From assembly GCA_945861715.1 (NCBI GenBank), contig CAMAVK010000002.1:106662-170661 (forward strand): DNA of 64,000 nt, in the 5' to 3' direction. The position numbers and the translations under genes are program-made. Source of the stretch: Candidatus Woesearchaeota archaeon (lineage in GTDB: Archaea > Nanobdellota > Nanobdellia > Woesearchaeales > GW2011-AR9). Below the pieces are notes generated by a model. The model did no database searches. It worked only from the letters and a program-made list of their open reading frames with translations, and was not told the DNA's origin. Positions 1 through 9,216 of this stretch are shown in pieces (within the stretch, counting starts at the first letter, position 1; the number at the start of each line of letters is the position of its first letter).

Positions 1-5
1 CTGCT

Positions 6-1370
6 ATGGGAATTGCGGCTGTTGAGTCTACCGTTATTGAGAATAAAATTTCTTTTGGTAAGGAAGCGACTTATAAATTTATGATTAAGAATACAGCAAC
101 CACCACACAACAATATACGGTCTTTTCTCTTCAATCAGGTCAGGGGTGGAACGTGGCACCGGTTCCTTTAACTGATCGTGTTTTTAGTGTGGCTGCAGGT
201 CAGACTAAGACTATTATTGTTTCTGCACGTCCTATACGTGAGTTACCTGTCGGAATTTATTATTTGCCTGTTTCAGTTGATGGAGATTTGGGTGATAGTT
301 ATTCTGAGTCACTCAAAGTGTATTTAGGAAAGACTGCGCTTGAGACGTATTCACCAAGTATTGCTGCTACTATTAATGTTAATGATCACATGACTCCTGG
401 GGTAGCACAAAGTGTTACTTTGTTTTTAGAAAATAAAAATCGGTTAGATCTTGGTGGTTTAACAGTTAAAATGTCTGGTGATCTTGATGTTTTTAACCAT
501 GAGGTTACTATTGATTTACCATCTCTTTCTCGTAAGACGGTGGAGTTTACTGTGCAGCCAGATCGGTTTGCGCAACCGAAGGAATATGTATTGAAATTTG
601 ATTTTATTAAAGATGGTAAGATTGCAAAAACTATGGATCAAAAAGTTACTATCGAAACAGTTGCATCTCCATTTGCGGTTGTTGCTTCGTCTGAAACGGT
701 GTGGGGTAGGAAGTTAGGTGTCTTGTCTCTCACTAATAATGGTAATGTTCGTAATGAACAACAAGTGTTGTATCCTGTTTCTTGGTTTGGTTCACTTTTG
801 GTTGAGGGTGGTACTCCTGTTGTTGTGGCCGCCGATGGTTCTCGAAATATGGCGTTTACGTTATCTTTGTCTCCAGGTGAGTCGGCTGAAGTGTCTTATG
901 TACTTAATTATCGGTGGGCCATGTATGGTTTGATTTTCCTTGTGCTACTTGTTGGTTTTATTTGGTTTATTCAGTCTCCATTGCGGATGAAAAAAAGGGC
1001 GGTTACAACTCAAACCGATGAAGATGGTGCTCTTGCTGAATTAAAAGTAACTATTGAAGTTGAAAATAAGACGGACAAACCGGTTCGTCATATTACTATT
1101 ACGGATACTGTTCCAGGCATTGTATCGGTTGAGAAAATTTCAGAGATGGGCACACTACGTCCGCTTGAGATTCGTCATCAAGGTGGTAAAACAAAGATTG
1201 TGTGGCTCATTGCTGAACTTGATGCTCGAGAAGATCGTTTGATTACCTATAAGGTTCGCTCAAAGTTGAATATTTTGGGTGCCTTAGGTCTTCCACGTGC
1301 ACAGGCAGAATTTAAACAAGGTAAGGGGATGCGTCGTAAGGCATATTCAAATTCGTTTACGATACGGTAG
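6..1370 (+). CDS. Membrane-anchored Ig-like (NEW3/CARDB/DUF11-like) domain protein, probably 5'-truncated by the window edge
   Basis: Repeated beta-rich modules (IKNT.., LENK.., LTNNGNV.., VENKTD..ITDTVP) and one TM helix (WAMYGLIFLVLLVGFIWFI) before a C-terminal DUF11-like domain. Confidence 0.55.
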   Translation: MGIAAVESTVIENKISFGKEATYKFMIKNTATTTQQYTVFSLQSGQGWNVAPVPLTDRVFSVAAGQTKTIIVSARPIRELPVGIYYLPVSVDGDLGDSYSESLKVYLGKTALETYSPSIAATINVNDHMTPGVAQSVTLFLENKNRLDLGGLTVKMSGDLDVFNHEVTIDLPSLSRKTVEFTVQPDRFAQPKEYVLKFDFIKDGKIAKTMDQKVTIETVASPFAVVASSETVWGRKLGVLSLTNNGNVRNEQQVLYPVSWFGSLLVEGGTPVVVAADGSRNMAFTLSLSPGESAEVSYVLNYRWAMYGLIFLVLLVGFIWFIQSPLRMKKRAVTTQTDEDGALAELKVTIEVENKTDKPVRHITITDTVPGIVSVEKISEMGTLRPLEIRHQGGKTKIVWLIAELDAREDRLITYKVRSKLNILGALGLPRAQAEFKQGKGMRRKAYSNSFTIR

Positions 1371-1390
1371 GGGACTTGTACGGTTTATAC

Positions 1391-1478
1391 TGAAAGACCG
1401 AAATAATCGTACTAAATTGTTCCGTCTTTCAAATAATACTGTGCGGCTATAATTATGAAAATATAGGACGCACAGTAT
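1391..1478. other. Two adjacent long hairpins downstream of the first gene
   Basis: Inverted repeats TGAAAGAC(1391-1398)/GTCTTTCA(1424-1431) and ATACTGTGCG(1436-1445)/CGCACAGTAT(1469-1478), followed by a T-rich tract. Confidence 0.55.
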
Positions 1479-1720
1479 ACAACCTTGTTTTCTTATTGTT
1501 TTTATCTTTTTTTATTCGTGATATTATATAAATGGTTGTTTGATTGTGGTTCTGCGGGGTATATGTTTCATTATGTGGGTGGTGAGGAGTTAGCGTCGTA
1601 GTGGGCTTGTTGTTGCTCTTCGAATTAGACTATTGGATGATAAAAACATTTATATATCAGCGACAATTCAATTTTCTAAAAAAGAAACGTCCACAAATAT
1701 GACGAAGAGAGGGTGTGAAA

Positions 1721-2125
1721 ATGAAAGATTTTTTCTTACAATTAAAAGAGAAGTTAATTGGTCCTGGTGATAATGCTGAGCCTGAGACTCCAGAAGATTT
1801 TGTTGAAGTTGCATCATCAACACAAGGTAAAGAAGAAAAAGCACGAGTTATTGTTCGACCTTTTGTGATGGAAGATTTTGAAGATATTAAAGAAGTTCTT
1901 GATGTTTTACGAGAAGGTAATACTATTGCCCTGGTTAATATTAAACCTTTAAAGGATAAGGATCTTGTTGAGCTTAAGAGAGCTATTTCAAAGCTTCGAA
2001 AGACTTGCGAAGCAATTGATGGTGATATTGCAGGATTTGGGGAGGATTATGTTGTAGCTGTTCCTTATTTTGCGCGAATTCATCGAAGTGGTGGAGCATC
2101 TAAACCAGCTCCGTCTGATCAATAA
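1721..2125 (+). CDS. sepF: Cell division protein SepF (archaeal type)
   Basis: Motif 'FEDIKEVLDVLREGNTIALVNIKPLKDKDLVELKRAISKLRKTCEAIDGDIAG', amphipathic N-terminus, upstream GAGGG RBS. Confidence 0.9.
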   Translation: MKDFFLQLKEKLIGPGDNAEPETPEDFVEVASSTQGKEEKARVIVRPFVMEDFEDIKEVLDVLREGNTIALVNIKPLKDKDLVELKRAISKLRKTCEAIDGDIAGFGEDYVVAVPYFARIHRSGGASKPAPSDQ

Positions 2126-2371
2126 ATTTTTTATTTTTTCTTCTTTTTTAGTGTTTTTTCTTTCGGTGTGTTTGACTTTTTTGTTTGAGATGTGAGTTAA
2201 TGGTTGTTTATATGTGAGTTTGGTTGTTTTAATCTTCTTGTTTGCTAGTGATCTGTGTATATTTTTTGGTCGTGTTTTGTTCGGAGTTTTGCATGATTGG
2301 ATGAAGTAATTAGACGGGGGTATGATGGCCTGGAATGGGTTGTAGGACAAGTGTGGGGGTTGAATAAAAAT

Positions 2372-2430
2372 GGTTATTGTATGATGGTGGTTATTGTATG
2401 AGGGTGGTCATCGTATGGGGGTGGTTGTTA
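2372..2430. repeat. 17-bp degenerate tandem repeat (about 3.5 copies)
   Basis: GGTTATTGTATGATGGT / GGTTATTGTATGAGGGT / GGTCATCGTATGGGGGT / GGTTGTTA. A 12-bp tandem TAATCTATAAGT x2 lies at 2522-2545. Confidence 0.8.
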
Positions 2431-2598
2431 ATTATGATTTGAAGAGAATTAATTTGGTGGTAGGGATTAAAGAGAGTAAAAGAGTATTGTTGTCATCCTC
2501 ATAAAGAAAAGAGAATGGATGTAATCTATAAGTTAATCTATAAGTTATGTTTCTTTCTCTATTTGGTACGAGTTTTTTATGTGTGTTTATGGATTTGT

Positions 2599-3363
2599 CT
2601 ATTCGAGGAGTGTGAGACCATACATAAGCCCAATTCCTACTAGCAGCGCAATGAAGTGCATGACTGATTCTTTTATTCTGGCGTCTTTTTGGAGCTCTGG
2701 GATGAGGTTTGAACCGGCAATATAGAGAAATCCGCCGGCCGCAAATGGAAGAATACTTTTTGTAAAGAGTTCTGAGTTCCCCCCAAAATATAATCCTACT
2801 CCTGCACCAATGATTGCAATAGCACCTGAGAGAAAGTTGAAGAGTAATGCCTTCTTTTTACTAAAACCTGAATATAGTAATACTCCAAAATCGGCTATTT
2901 CTTGAGGTATTTCGTGAACTACTACTGCAATGGTTGTGGCGATGCCTAGTGGGATGTTTATAATATATGCACTTGCGATTACTACGCCATCTAGAAAGTT
3001 GTGAAGACCGTCACCTACCAAATTTAATGGGGCCATGGCTGAGTGTTCATGGTTGTGTTTGTCCTTGCTAAATTGGTGAGAGTGACAATGGTGATAATGG
3101 ATTATTTTTTCTAGGACAAAAAATACGACTACTCCACTTAAAACTAAAAATGATATTCTCGTTGTGAGGCCGCTGTCTCCAACTGCTTCTGGAAGAAGAT
3201 GTAGAAATGCTCCCCCAAAAAGTGTTCCTGCTGATAGACTAACTAATATTAATAGCATTTTTTTAGAAAGATCTTTTTTGATTAGAAGTGTTAATGCACC
3301 TACAAAAGAAATACAGGAGACGATGAAAACACTGGCTATGGTGTACATAATTATTTGGTTCAT
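2599..3363 (-). CDS. ZIP family zinc/metal transporter
   Basis: FLHLLPEA, His-rich loop (HYHHCHSH..HNHEH), GDGLHNFLDG and HEIPQEIADF signature motifs. Confidence 0.93.
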   Translation of the reverse strand: MNQIIMYTIASVFIVSCISFVGALTLLIKKDLSKKMLLILVSLSAGTLFGGAFLHLLPEAVGDSGLTTRISFLVLSGVVVFFVLEKIIHYHHCHSHQFSKDKHNHEHSAMAPLNLVGDGLHNFLDGVVIASAYIINIPLGIATTIAVVVHEIPQEIADFGVLLYSGFSKKKALLFNFLSGAIAIIGAGVGLYFGGNSELFTKSILPFAAGGFLYIAGSNLIPELQKDARIKESVMHFIALLVGIGLMYGLTLLE

Positions 3364-3399
3364 AGATTGATTGTTTACTTATGGTTTTATATACTTTAC

Positions 3400-3414
3400 T
3401 GATTTTCATTCTCA
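3400..3414. promoter_or_regulatory. Putative Fur/Zur-type operator in the divergent ZIP/Fur promoter
   Basis: TGATTTTCATTCTCA resembles the 7-1-7 TGAGAATnATTCTCA box and lies next to a TTTTATATA TATA element (3385-3393) in the 76-bp gap. Confidence 0.45.
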
Positions 3415-3439
3415 TTAAGTAGTTTAATTGGTTTATATT

Positions 3440-3826
3440 ATGGCAATTTCACGTGAAACGCGGCAAAAGGATATTTTATGCGCACAAGTTAGCTTGATGC
3501 ATACCTTTTTTAGTGCACAGGAATTATTTGATAAAGTTTTTTTGTTGGATTCTGGGGTGGGCAAGGCTACCGTATATCGTTTTTTACAGAGGACTCGTGA
3601 TGCGGGGAGTATTCATTCCTTTGAGTGTGGGGGGGTTACAGTTTATTCATTGACAGCTAGGATGCATTGTCATTTTGTGTGTGAGACATGTGGTGATCAG
3701 GAACATTTTTTGCTATCTGATCTTCCTTTTTTAACTCGTGAGATGCAGAAGAGAGCATGTCATATACAAGTGAGTGTTGATGGGGTTTGTAAGAAGTGTG
3801 CGTCTAATCGTATTACTTCCGTTTGA
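3440..3826 (+). CDS. Fur/Zur family transcriptional regulator
   Basis: 'FFSAQELF', 'GKATVYRFL', 'HCHFVCETCG' and C-terminal 'GVCKKC'; divergent from the ZIP transporter. Confidence 0.88.
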   Translation: MAISRETRQKDILCAQVSLMHTFFSAQELFDKVFLLDSGVGKATVYRFLQRTRDAGSIHSFECGGVTVYSLTARMHCHFVCETCGDQEHFLLSDLPFLTREMQKRACHIQVSVDGVCKKCASNRITSV

Positions 3827-3936
3827 GGTAAGTTTAAGTCTTTGAAATTGTTTTTATGATATTCTTTTTTGGAAATTCTTCTTTTGAATATGCTGGTTAC
3901 AAACTATTATAAACCTATTTCTGTTTACTGTGAGGT

Positions 3937-5631
3937 ATGTATGTTGGGGATGATAAGGTTGCAGTTGAACTTCAAGGTTTGATTCAGGGTGAGGTGTGTA
4001 GTTCGGCTGATATCTTGAAAAAATGTAGCAGTGATGCGAGTGCGTTTCGAGTTATGCCACGTCTTGTTGTGTTTCCCTCTAGTGTTGATGATATTTCTTT
4101 GGTTGTAAAATATGTTGCACAGCAGAAGAAAAAAGATAGTTCTTTGTCACTTACGGTTCGATCGGCTGGGACTGATATGACAGGTGGTCCGCTTAATGAG
4201 TCTATTATTCTTGATGTTTCTAAACATATTAATCGGTTGCGTAAACTTGGGAAAGATTATGCTATTGTTGAGCCCGGTTTGTTTTATAGAGATTTAGAGA
4301 AGGCTACTCTTCACAAGAATTTGATTTATCCTAGTTATCCTGCTTCGAAGATGTTATGTAGTGTGGGCGGAATTGTGTCCAACAATTCTGGAGGGGAATT
4401 AAGTTTACGTTATGGTCAAACATGTAAATGGGTGCGTGGATTAAAAGTAATTTTACATGATGGGAAGGAGTATTCTTTTTCTAAAATTTCGGTTGCAGAG
4501 GTTCAGAGGAAGTGTTTGCAAAAAGATTTTGAAGGAGACATTTATCGAAAAATGTTTGCGTTGTTACGTAAACATGATGTTTTGATTAAGAAGTCTAAAC
4601 CACATACGAGTAAGAATTCGACAGGGTACTTGTTGTGGGATATTTATGATGCTGAAGCGGGTACGTTTGATTTGGCGCAGGTGTTTGTTGGCGCTCAAGG
4701 TACTTTGGGTATTGTTACAGAGGAGAAATTGGGGTTGATTTCTGTTGAACCTCATTCGATGATGTATGTTATTTATTTACGAGATTTGGATGTTTTAGGT
4801 GAAATTGTTGACTTGGTTCTTACTACTGGCCCAACTAGTTTTGAATCGTATGATGATAAAACATTGCATTTGGCGATTAAATATGCTGGCGAAATTGGGC
4901 GTATGATCAGCAAGGAAGAAAATATATTTAAGTTTGCGTGGCATATGTTGCCTGATTTTTGGCGAATTATTTCTATGCGTCAAATCCCTAAGTTGGTGTT
5001 GATGGTTGAATTCACCGGCCTTACGTTAGCTGAGGTTAAAGCTAAAATTTGTGTTGTTGATTCTTTGATGCGTCCGTTTGTGTTGAATAATGGAGTTAAA
5101 GTGTATACTACGAAAACAAAGGTTGATGCGAAACGTTATTGGACGATTCGTCGCCAAAGTTTTAATTTGTTACGAAAAAAGATTCAGGGTAAACAAACGG
5201 TTCCATTTATTGATGATATTATTGTTCCTCCTGCTTGTTTGAAGCAGTTTCTTCCGGAGTTAGATGCGGTTTTGAAGGAATATCCTTCCTTAATTTATAC
5301 GATTGCCGGACATATGGGGGATGGTAATTTTCATATTATTCCGTTGATGGATATGGAGGATGCTGCGCAGAGACGAATCATTCCCACACTTTGCGAGAAG
5401 GTGTATTCTCTTGTGTTGAAATATGGTGGGTCTCTTAGTGCGGAGCATAATGAAGGACTGATACGTGGACCATATATGCAGAAGATGTATGGGAAGGAGA
5501 TGTTTGGTCTTTTTTGTGAGGTTAAAAATATTTTTGATCCTGATACTATTTTCAATCCTCATAAGAAAACGGACGCTAATTTGAAATATTCGCTTGCACA
5601 TATTAAAAAAGATAATGTGCACGATGTTTGA
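3937..5631 (+). CDS. FAD-linked oxidase (GlcD / D-lactate dehydrogenase family)
   Basis: RSAGTDMTGG, SVGGIVSNNSGG, GAQGTLGIVT, GHMGDGNFH, SAEHNEG and DPDTIFNP motifs. Confidence 0.9.
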   Translation: MYVGDDKVAVELQGLIQGEVCSSADILKKCSSDASAFRVMPRLVVFPSSVDDISLVVKYVAQQKKKDSSLSLTVRSAGTDMTGGPLNESIILDVSKHINRLRKLGKDYAIVEPGLFYRDLEKATLHKNLIYPSYPASKMLCSVGGIVSNNSGGELSLRYGQTCKWVRGLKVILHDGKEYSFSKISVAEVQRKCLQKDFEGDIYRKMFALLRKHDVLIKKSKPHTSKNSTGYLLWDIYDAEAGTFDLAQVFVGAQGTLGIVTEEKLGLISVEPHSMMYVIYLRDLDVLGEIVDLVLTTGPTSFESYDDKTLHLAIKYAGEIGRMISKEENIFKFAWHMLPDFWRIISMRQIPKLVLMVEFTGLTLAEVKAKICVVDSLMRPFVLNNGVKVYTTKTKVDAKRYWTIRRQSFNLLRKKIQGKQTVPFIDDIIVPPACLKQFLPELDAVLKEYPSLIYTIAGHMGDGNFHIIPLMDMEDAAQRRIIPTLCEKVYSLVLKYGGSLSAEHNEGLIRGPYMQKMYGKEMFGLFCEVKNIFDPDTIFNPHKKTDANLKYSLAHIKKDNVHDV

Positions 5632-5718
5632 TTAATTTAAATACTGTGTGATGTTTGATTAATTAAGATAATTAGGGAGGCTAATCTTATTATCTCTTGT
5701 TATTTTATTTTTCATTGT

Positions 5719-6588
5719 TCAATTTGAATAGTTAATCTTTGAGAATGTGTGGTCTTTGTTTACATCGATGATGCAGTTTGGTTTAATTTTATCGTAGCAT
5801 ACATAAGTTAGGGGTAGGAAGACATCAACGAAATGGTTGATTTGTTGTGTTGTCATACTGCCGCTACTGTTTGTTGATTTTTTAAGTTGTTGTTCGGCTT
5901 GATTACGCCATATTTTGTGCATCTGGGGATTTGGTGGTTTGAGCATGATCATGTAGTTTAGTTTTTTCCAAATGGGTTGGTATTCTTTTATTTGTTGGAT
6001 GAGAATGTTTTGACTTTTTCCAGTGGGGTCTAGTTTCTTTAGGTTGAAGTTATATTTTTTACATGTGGCTTGTAAGACTTTTTTGGTAATATTGGGAATT
6101 GCTACACACCATCCTTCAAAGAGAATTATGTCTTGTGGGCTGCGTACGTTGATTATTTTTTTAATTTGATCACCTTGTCCGTTATGGAGTGATTTGTCAA
6201 ATATGGGGATAGCAAATGGTTGCTTTTTTTGTATTCTGTCTAGTACTTTTGTTAATGTTTTTAGATTGTGTGTTCCAGGCATGCCGCGTGGAATTTGATA
6301 AAATGCATTTGCTGCGTGTTTTTTCCGGAATATTTCTCGGTCTTTGGATGTGGTGTAAAAATCATCTATGGAGAAATGATGTGTTTTGTATCCTTTTGTG
6401 GTTAATATTTGTTCGAGTTCGGTGGTCATAGTACTTTTGCCGGTGCCTTGACCTCCTTGGATACCTATGATGAGTGTCTTTTTTGGATTTTTTTGTTTTT
6501 GTTGAATGAGGATGTTTGAGAGTGGCTCTAGAACGAGATTTTTTTCTTTTTGGGTGATTGGACTTTGTAGATGTTGTGTGGTTTTCAC
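5719..6588 (-). CDS. P-loop kinase, D-glycerate 3-kinase (GLYK)-like
   Basis: GIQGGQGTGKST, SIDDFY, RGMPGTH, PIFDKSLHNGQGD, ILFEGWC and WRNQAE..L motifs match the GLYK/TDA10 family. Confidence 0.8.
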   Translation of the reverse strand: MKTTQHLQSPITQKEKNLVLEPLSNILIQQKQKNPKKTLIIGIQGGQGTGKSTMTTELEQILTTKGYKTHHFSIDDFYTTSKDREIFRKKHAANAFYQIPRGMPGTHNLKTLTKVLDRIQKKQPFAIPIFDKSLHNGQGDQIKKIINVRSPQDIILFEGWCVAIPNITKKVLQATCKKYNFNLKKLDPTGKSQNILIQQIKEYQPIWKKLNYMIMLKPPNPQMHKIWRNQAEQQLKKSTNSSGSMTTQQINHFVDVFLPLTYVCYDKIKPNCIIDVNKDHTFSKINYSN

Positions 6589-6657
6589 AATTGGGATTGT
6601 TTTTTTGGTTTAATATATCTTTTTATGTGGGTGTGGTCATTATTTTAGAAGAATGAA

Positions 6658-6812
6658 CGCCACGGGCCGGACTTTCTCAAGTCAAAACCGGTCTGCTTAA
6701 CTTGCTTTGAACCGGCGATCCCAGAGGGACAGGATAAATGCGGTATTGTAGGAGATCTGATGGACAATAGCCCATAGCAATCCTGCGCAATACCAGATTA
6801 TGCGACCGTGGC
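6658..6812 (-). tRNA. tRNA-Ser(GCT) with two introns (37/38 at 6736-6774; 59/60 at 6672-6705)
   Basis: Acceptor GCCACGG/CCGTGGC+G, anticodon arm CAGGA-TTGCTA^A-TCCTG, long variable arm, T arm GCCGG-TTCAAA^T-CCGGC. Both introns form relaxed BHB motifs, and a TATA box lies about 30 nt upstream. Confidence 0.9.
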
Positions 6813-6950
6813 GCTGTAGGCTTTTTTCAGGGGGATGTTATTTAAATGTTTCTTTTGTGTTGTGGTGTTTTTAGGTGGTTGTTCATGGGAGTTTTTCCGG
6901 TATTTTTATATAGCTAGATTTTCTTCTTTATTTGTATTAGGGGTATAGTT

Positions 6951-9215
6951 GTGAGAAAAAATCATATCAAAAATAAGAGGCTTCATGGACAAAAGATATG
7001 GGCATTTAGTTTGCTCTCTGTTTTGATTGTTGTTGGTTTTGGTGCTCTATTTCACTATTCAAGTTCCTTTTCTTCTCTATCACTTACCGGGCAGGTTACC
7101 GCTGATTCCCCATTTCTTTCTAATGCTCCTTTGGTACCAGTAACAGGCGTGGCTAGTGCTTATTCTCGCGGTTTTATTTCAAATACTGTTCCTTATGTAT
7201 ATTATGTTGGTTCACGAAGACAAGCGATATGTACTTGTCCAAAAAATGTGTGTCCTGCGTTTGCTTCGTGCGGAGTTGCTCTTGCGTCTGCTCCAGCTCT
7301 TATTGCGCAGATTACATCAAATGATGCAAAGTGTTTTGCGGTTACTCAAAAAGCAGGAGTCACATATGGCTCGGCTCCTACTATTACCATCGGTATTTGC
7401 CCTGTTGCGAGTAAAGCTGCAAGTCCACCTCCACCTTCTGCATGTTCATCTATAACGCATGGTACGCTTTGCTCTGGAGATGATATTGGTACTGTTCCTG
7501 CTACTGATTTTTCGTTGCCTGTTCTTAGTTGTACTAATCAACGAAAGTGTGAGTTTACTTGTGGTGCTGGTTATGTTCCGGTTGGAAAACAATGTATTGC
7601 TGTACCTGCAGCCGGCGTATGTGTTGATTCGGATTCGGGCGTTAATGGTGCGGTTCAAGGCTACGGTGTTACTTCAGGATTGGTTAAAGTTGATTCGTGT
7701 TTTAGTGCGACTAGTATGCGTGAAGTAACTTGTTCTAATAACCAAATTAGTACCTCGAATAGTTTTACGTGTTCGGCTCAACAGGGTTGTGTTAACGGGA
7801 TGTGTTCTGCTCGCACTAATTTGTATAATACTGTTCTTGCTGCTCCTGGCCCTTTTGCTCGTTCAGTGTGTGAAAAACGATTGGCTGAGTTAGGTTTGTA
7901 TCCGTCGGATTCCGTTCGAGCTGCGTCATGCCTGGGTACACATGTGGGCGTTCCACTCTTTATGGCAAATACTGGTCGAGTGTATACTGTTGATACTATT
8001 GGTCTTAGTCTTCCTGGTGGGTCCATTGCTGTTCCTACGGGTACACTCAAAGCTATTGGTAATTTTTGTCCAGTGTATCGAAGTTCGCATGCTGCTGAAT
8101 TTGTAACTGACACTGTTGGAGCTAATTCGTTTTATTACCCCACTTCTGCTGTGGCGCTTAAGGGTTGCCTTGGGTCTCTTGATCCAACTCTTCTTATTTC
8201 TTATGATGGTACATCATTAGTTCTTGCGACAAGTAACTCCATGTTTGATATTTTTTCCAATGTTGCCCTTTATCCAACGTACGCAGTGCACGTTGCAGAT
8301 GTTGATGTAGATAGGATTGCTGATGGTGTTGATAATTGTGTAAATATTGCTAATCCTACTCAAACTGATACCGACCGTGATGGTAAGGGAGATTTATGTG
8401 ATAATTGTGTTTCCGTTTCGAATGTAGGCCAACTTGATTCTGATTCTGATCTAGTTGGAAATGCTTGTGACAATTGTGCTGATCTTGCTAATCGTGATCA
8501 GTTAGATTCTGATCGTGATAAAATTGGTGATGTGTGTGAAGTTGTTGCTCCTGCTCGCACGCTGCCTTCTTATTGGGATTTGAATAATGATAATTTAGTA
8601 GATACGAGAGCTGATAGTGTTGGTCCTCCTGCTGTTACTAATTTAGATTCTGCCTGTGCTATGGCAGCGTTTAATTACTTACCCCTTCGTCAATTTCAAC
8701 CGGTCAAGGCTGCATGTGGTAATTCGCTTGTTGGATCTCGGAAAATTGATTTTGATTGTAATGGTCGCGTTAGTTTGAATGAGATGCTCGAAACAATTGC
8801 AGTTATTACTCAAGGACAACCTATCTCTGGTGATCTTAATACTGATACTATCCCAGATTGTACTCTTTTGAATACTGATTCTGACGGTATTGCGTTTGTT
8901 GATGACAATTGTCCTACAGTTTCAAATGTTGATCAAGCAGATGCTGATTCTGATGGAGTTGGGAACGTTTGCGATGCTGATTATGTATCTCCTGCTGCAG
9001 CTGCTCCTACTGGTGGGGCGGGGGCGGGTACTGGTGCTGGTCAGGCACTTGCTCGTCAGGTATTACCTTATGACTTAAATGGAGATGGATGTGTAAATAG
9101 ATCCGATGTTGATGTATTATTTGCAGAGTTTAGTTCTAATCGCAATTCCCGTGCTGTTGCACATAGGTTAACCTTAATAGCTCGCCATATGGGTGAGGGA
9201 TGTGTGGTGGGTTAA
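6951..9215 (+). CDS. Surface protein: N-terminal TM, Cys-rich modules, thrombospondin type-3 repeats, dockerin-like Ca loops
   Basis: DNC..NPTQTDTDRDGKGDLCD repeats; YWDLNNDNLVD, DFDCNGRVS and YDLNGDGCVNRSD loops; a CVDSDSG module. Confidence 0.8.
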   Translation: MRKNHIKNKRLHGQKIWAFSLLSVLIVVGFGALFHYSSSFSSLSLTGQVTADSPFLSNAPLVPVTGVASAYSRGFISNTVPYVYYVGSRRQAICTCPKNVCPAFASCGVALASAPALIAQITSNDAKCFAVTQKAGVTYGSAPTITIGICPVASKAASPPPPSACSSITHGTLCSGDDIGTVPATDFSLPVLSCTNQRKCEFTCGAGYVPVGKQCIAVPAAGVCVDSDSGVNGAVQGYGVTSGLVKVDSCFSATSMREVTCSNNQISTSNSFTCSAQQGCVNGMCSARTNLYNTVLAAPGPFARSVCEKRLAELGLYPSDSVRAASCLGTHVGVPLFMANTGRVYTVDTIGLSLPGGSIAVPTGTLKAIGNFCPVYRSSHAAEFVTDTVGANSFYYPTSAVALKGCLGSLDPTLLISYDGTSLVLATSNSMFDIFSNVALYPTYAVHVADVDVDRIADGVDNCVNIANPTQTDTDRDGKGDLCDNCVSVSNVGQLDSDSDLVGNACDNCADLANRDQLDSDRDKIGDVCEVVAPARTLPSYWDLNNDNLVDTRADSVGPPAVTNLDSACAMAAFNYLPLRQFQPVKAACGNSLVGSRKIDFDCNGRVSLNEMLETIAVITQGQPISGDLNTDTIPDCTLLNTDSDGIAFVDDNCPTVSNVDQADADSDGVGNVCDADYVSPAAAAPTGGAGAGTGAGQALARQVLPYDLNGDGCVNRSDVDVLFAEFSSNRNSRAVAHRLTLIARHMGEGCVVG

Positions 9216-9216
9216 G

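Noticed and set aside
2372-2430. Mini CRISPR array
   Set aside because: The repeats are contiguous with no spacers, only 17 bp long, and there are no cas genes.
5623-5664. 15-bp direct repeat GATGTTTGATTAATT at the end of the oxidase gene
   Set aside because: Short local AT-rich duplication with no cargo; likely replication slippage.
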